The notes below the pieces were generated by a model that was given only the letters and a program-made list of their open reading frames with translations, was not told the DNA's origin and ran no database searches. A program made the translations under genes and the position numbers. Source: a virus. Taken from it: a DNA stretch of 64,000 bases. The stretch is taken from IMG/VR virus record IMGVR_UViG_3300047476_000779, positions 6,263 to 70,262 of that record; one strand, written 5' to 3'. Below, one piece after another: positions 63,800-64,000 of the stretch. The first letter of the stretch is position 1. Each line of letters opens with the position of its first letter.

Positions 63800-64000
63800 A
63801 TGGCACGTGAAACAGTAGCACAACGAAACGCACGATACGCACAAGAGCGTGAGGTATATCTGGCAAATCAAGTTGCCGAGTATCCTACTCGTTTGATGGC
63901 TGCTCTTACCCGTGCCACCAACGCATACTTTGATTTGTCTGTCAATGACAACAAGTTTTTGGTTCGTGACCGCAACAAATATGAGCCTCAGGTTCACACA
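63800..64000 (+). CDS. hypothetical protein, 3' end outside window
   Basis: ATG 63800 after a GGAG. The frame is open to the window end (MAREHVAQRNARYAQERE...). Confidence 0.4.
   Translation, partial: MARETVAQRNARYAQEREVYLANQVAEYPTRLMAALTRATNAYFDLSVNDNKFLVRDRNKYEPQVHT

Noticed and set aside
1-64000. CRISPR array or other tandem repeat array
   Set aside because: The only recurring DNA motif (TTGACAATAAAT...GGGCATATAATAC) is dispersed, with whole genes between copies, and maps precisely to the -35/-10 promoter geometry. There are no short, regularly spaced direct repeats with unique spacers.
1-64000. Integrase, transposase, IS elements or attachment sites (prophage or mobile element boundaries)
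   Set aside because: No recombinase-like ORFs or terminal inverted repeats were seen. Gene content and rII/gp43 synteny indicate a virulent T4-like genome rather than an integrated element.

Overview
This 64 kb window is a dense, almost entirely plus-strand region of a T4-like (Tevenvirinae/Straboviridae-like) virulent phage genome. Its host is presumably Gram-negative: the promoters are sigma70-like, and Tat, Sec and lipoprotein signal peptides are present. Core T4-type genes: family B DNA polymerase (gp43-like), RNase H/FEN, ATP-dependent DNA ligase, rIIA/rIIB. Accessory content, read directly from the sequence: (1) a 7-deazaguanine DNA-modification set (TGT/DpdA-like transglycosylase, FolE, QueD, QueE) with a DadA-like FAD oxidoreductase between queD and queE. 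(2) A nucleotide-sugar/glycosyltransferase module: an HldE-like adenylyltransferase-cupin fusion, a second cytidylyltransferase, two GT-B glycosyltransferases, an SDR epimerase, a GT-A glycosyltransferase and an HxGH nucleotidyltransferase. (3) A family of proteins with N-termini resembling the T4 capsid-targeting sequence ([65 protein letters not shown]). It includes a GH19 lysozyme-domain protein, an HExxH protease-like protein, a kinase-like protein, a Lys-rich small protein and an 890-aa polyprotein-like ORF; a Dps-like ferritin sits among them (no CTS). (4) A Clp proteostasis module: ClpA C-terminus at the window start, then ClpX with an overlapping ribosomal protein S21 gene, Hsp20, ClpS and ClpP. 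(5) UvdE, a secreted SNase nuclease, a TilS-like PP-loop ATPase, a 2OG-Fe(II) oxygenase, a GNAT, a SprT-like protease and many small or membrane ORFs. Regulatory DNA: at least 13 consensus TTGACA-17-TATAAT-type early promoters, many embedded in a conserved ~45-bp cassette (TTGACAATAAAT...TGGGCATATAATAC). Two copies of a longer terminator-plus-promoter module occur (about 42.0 kb and 63.7 kb), reminiscent of PeSL elements. Several rho-independent terminators are present. No tRNA, rRNA, CRISPR array, integrase or transposase was found.
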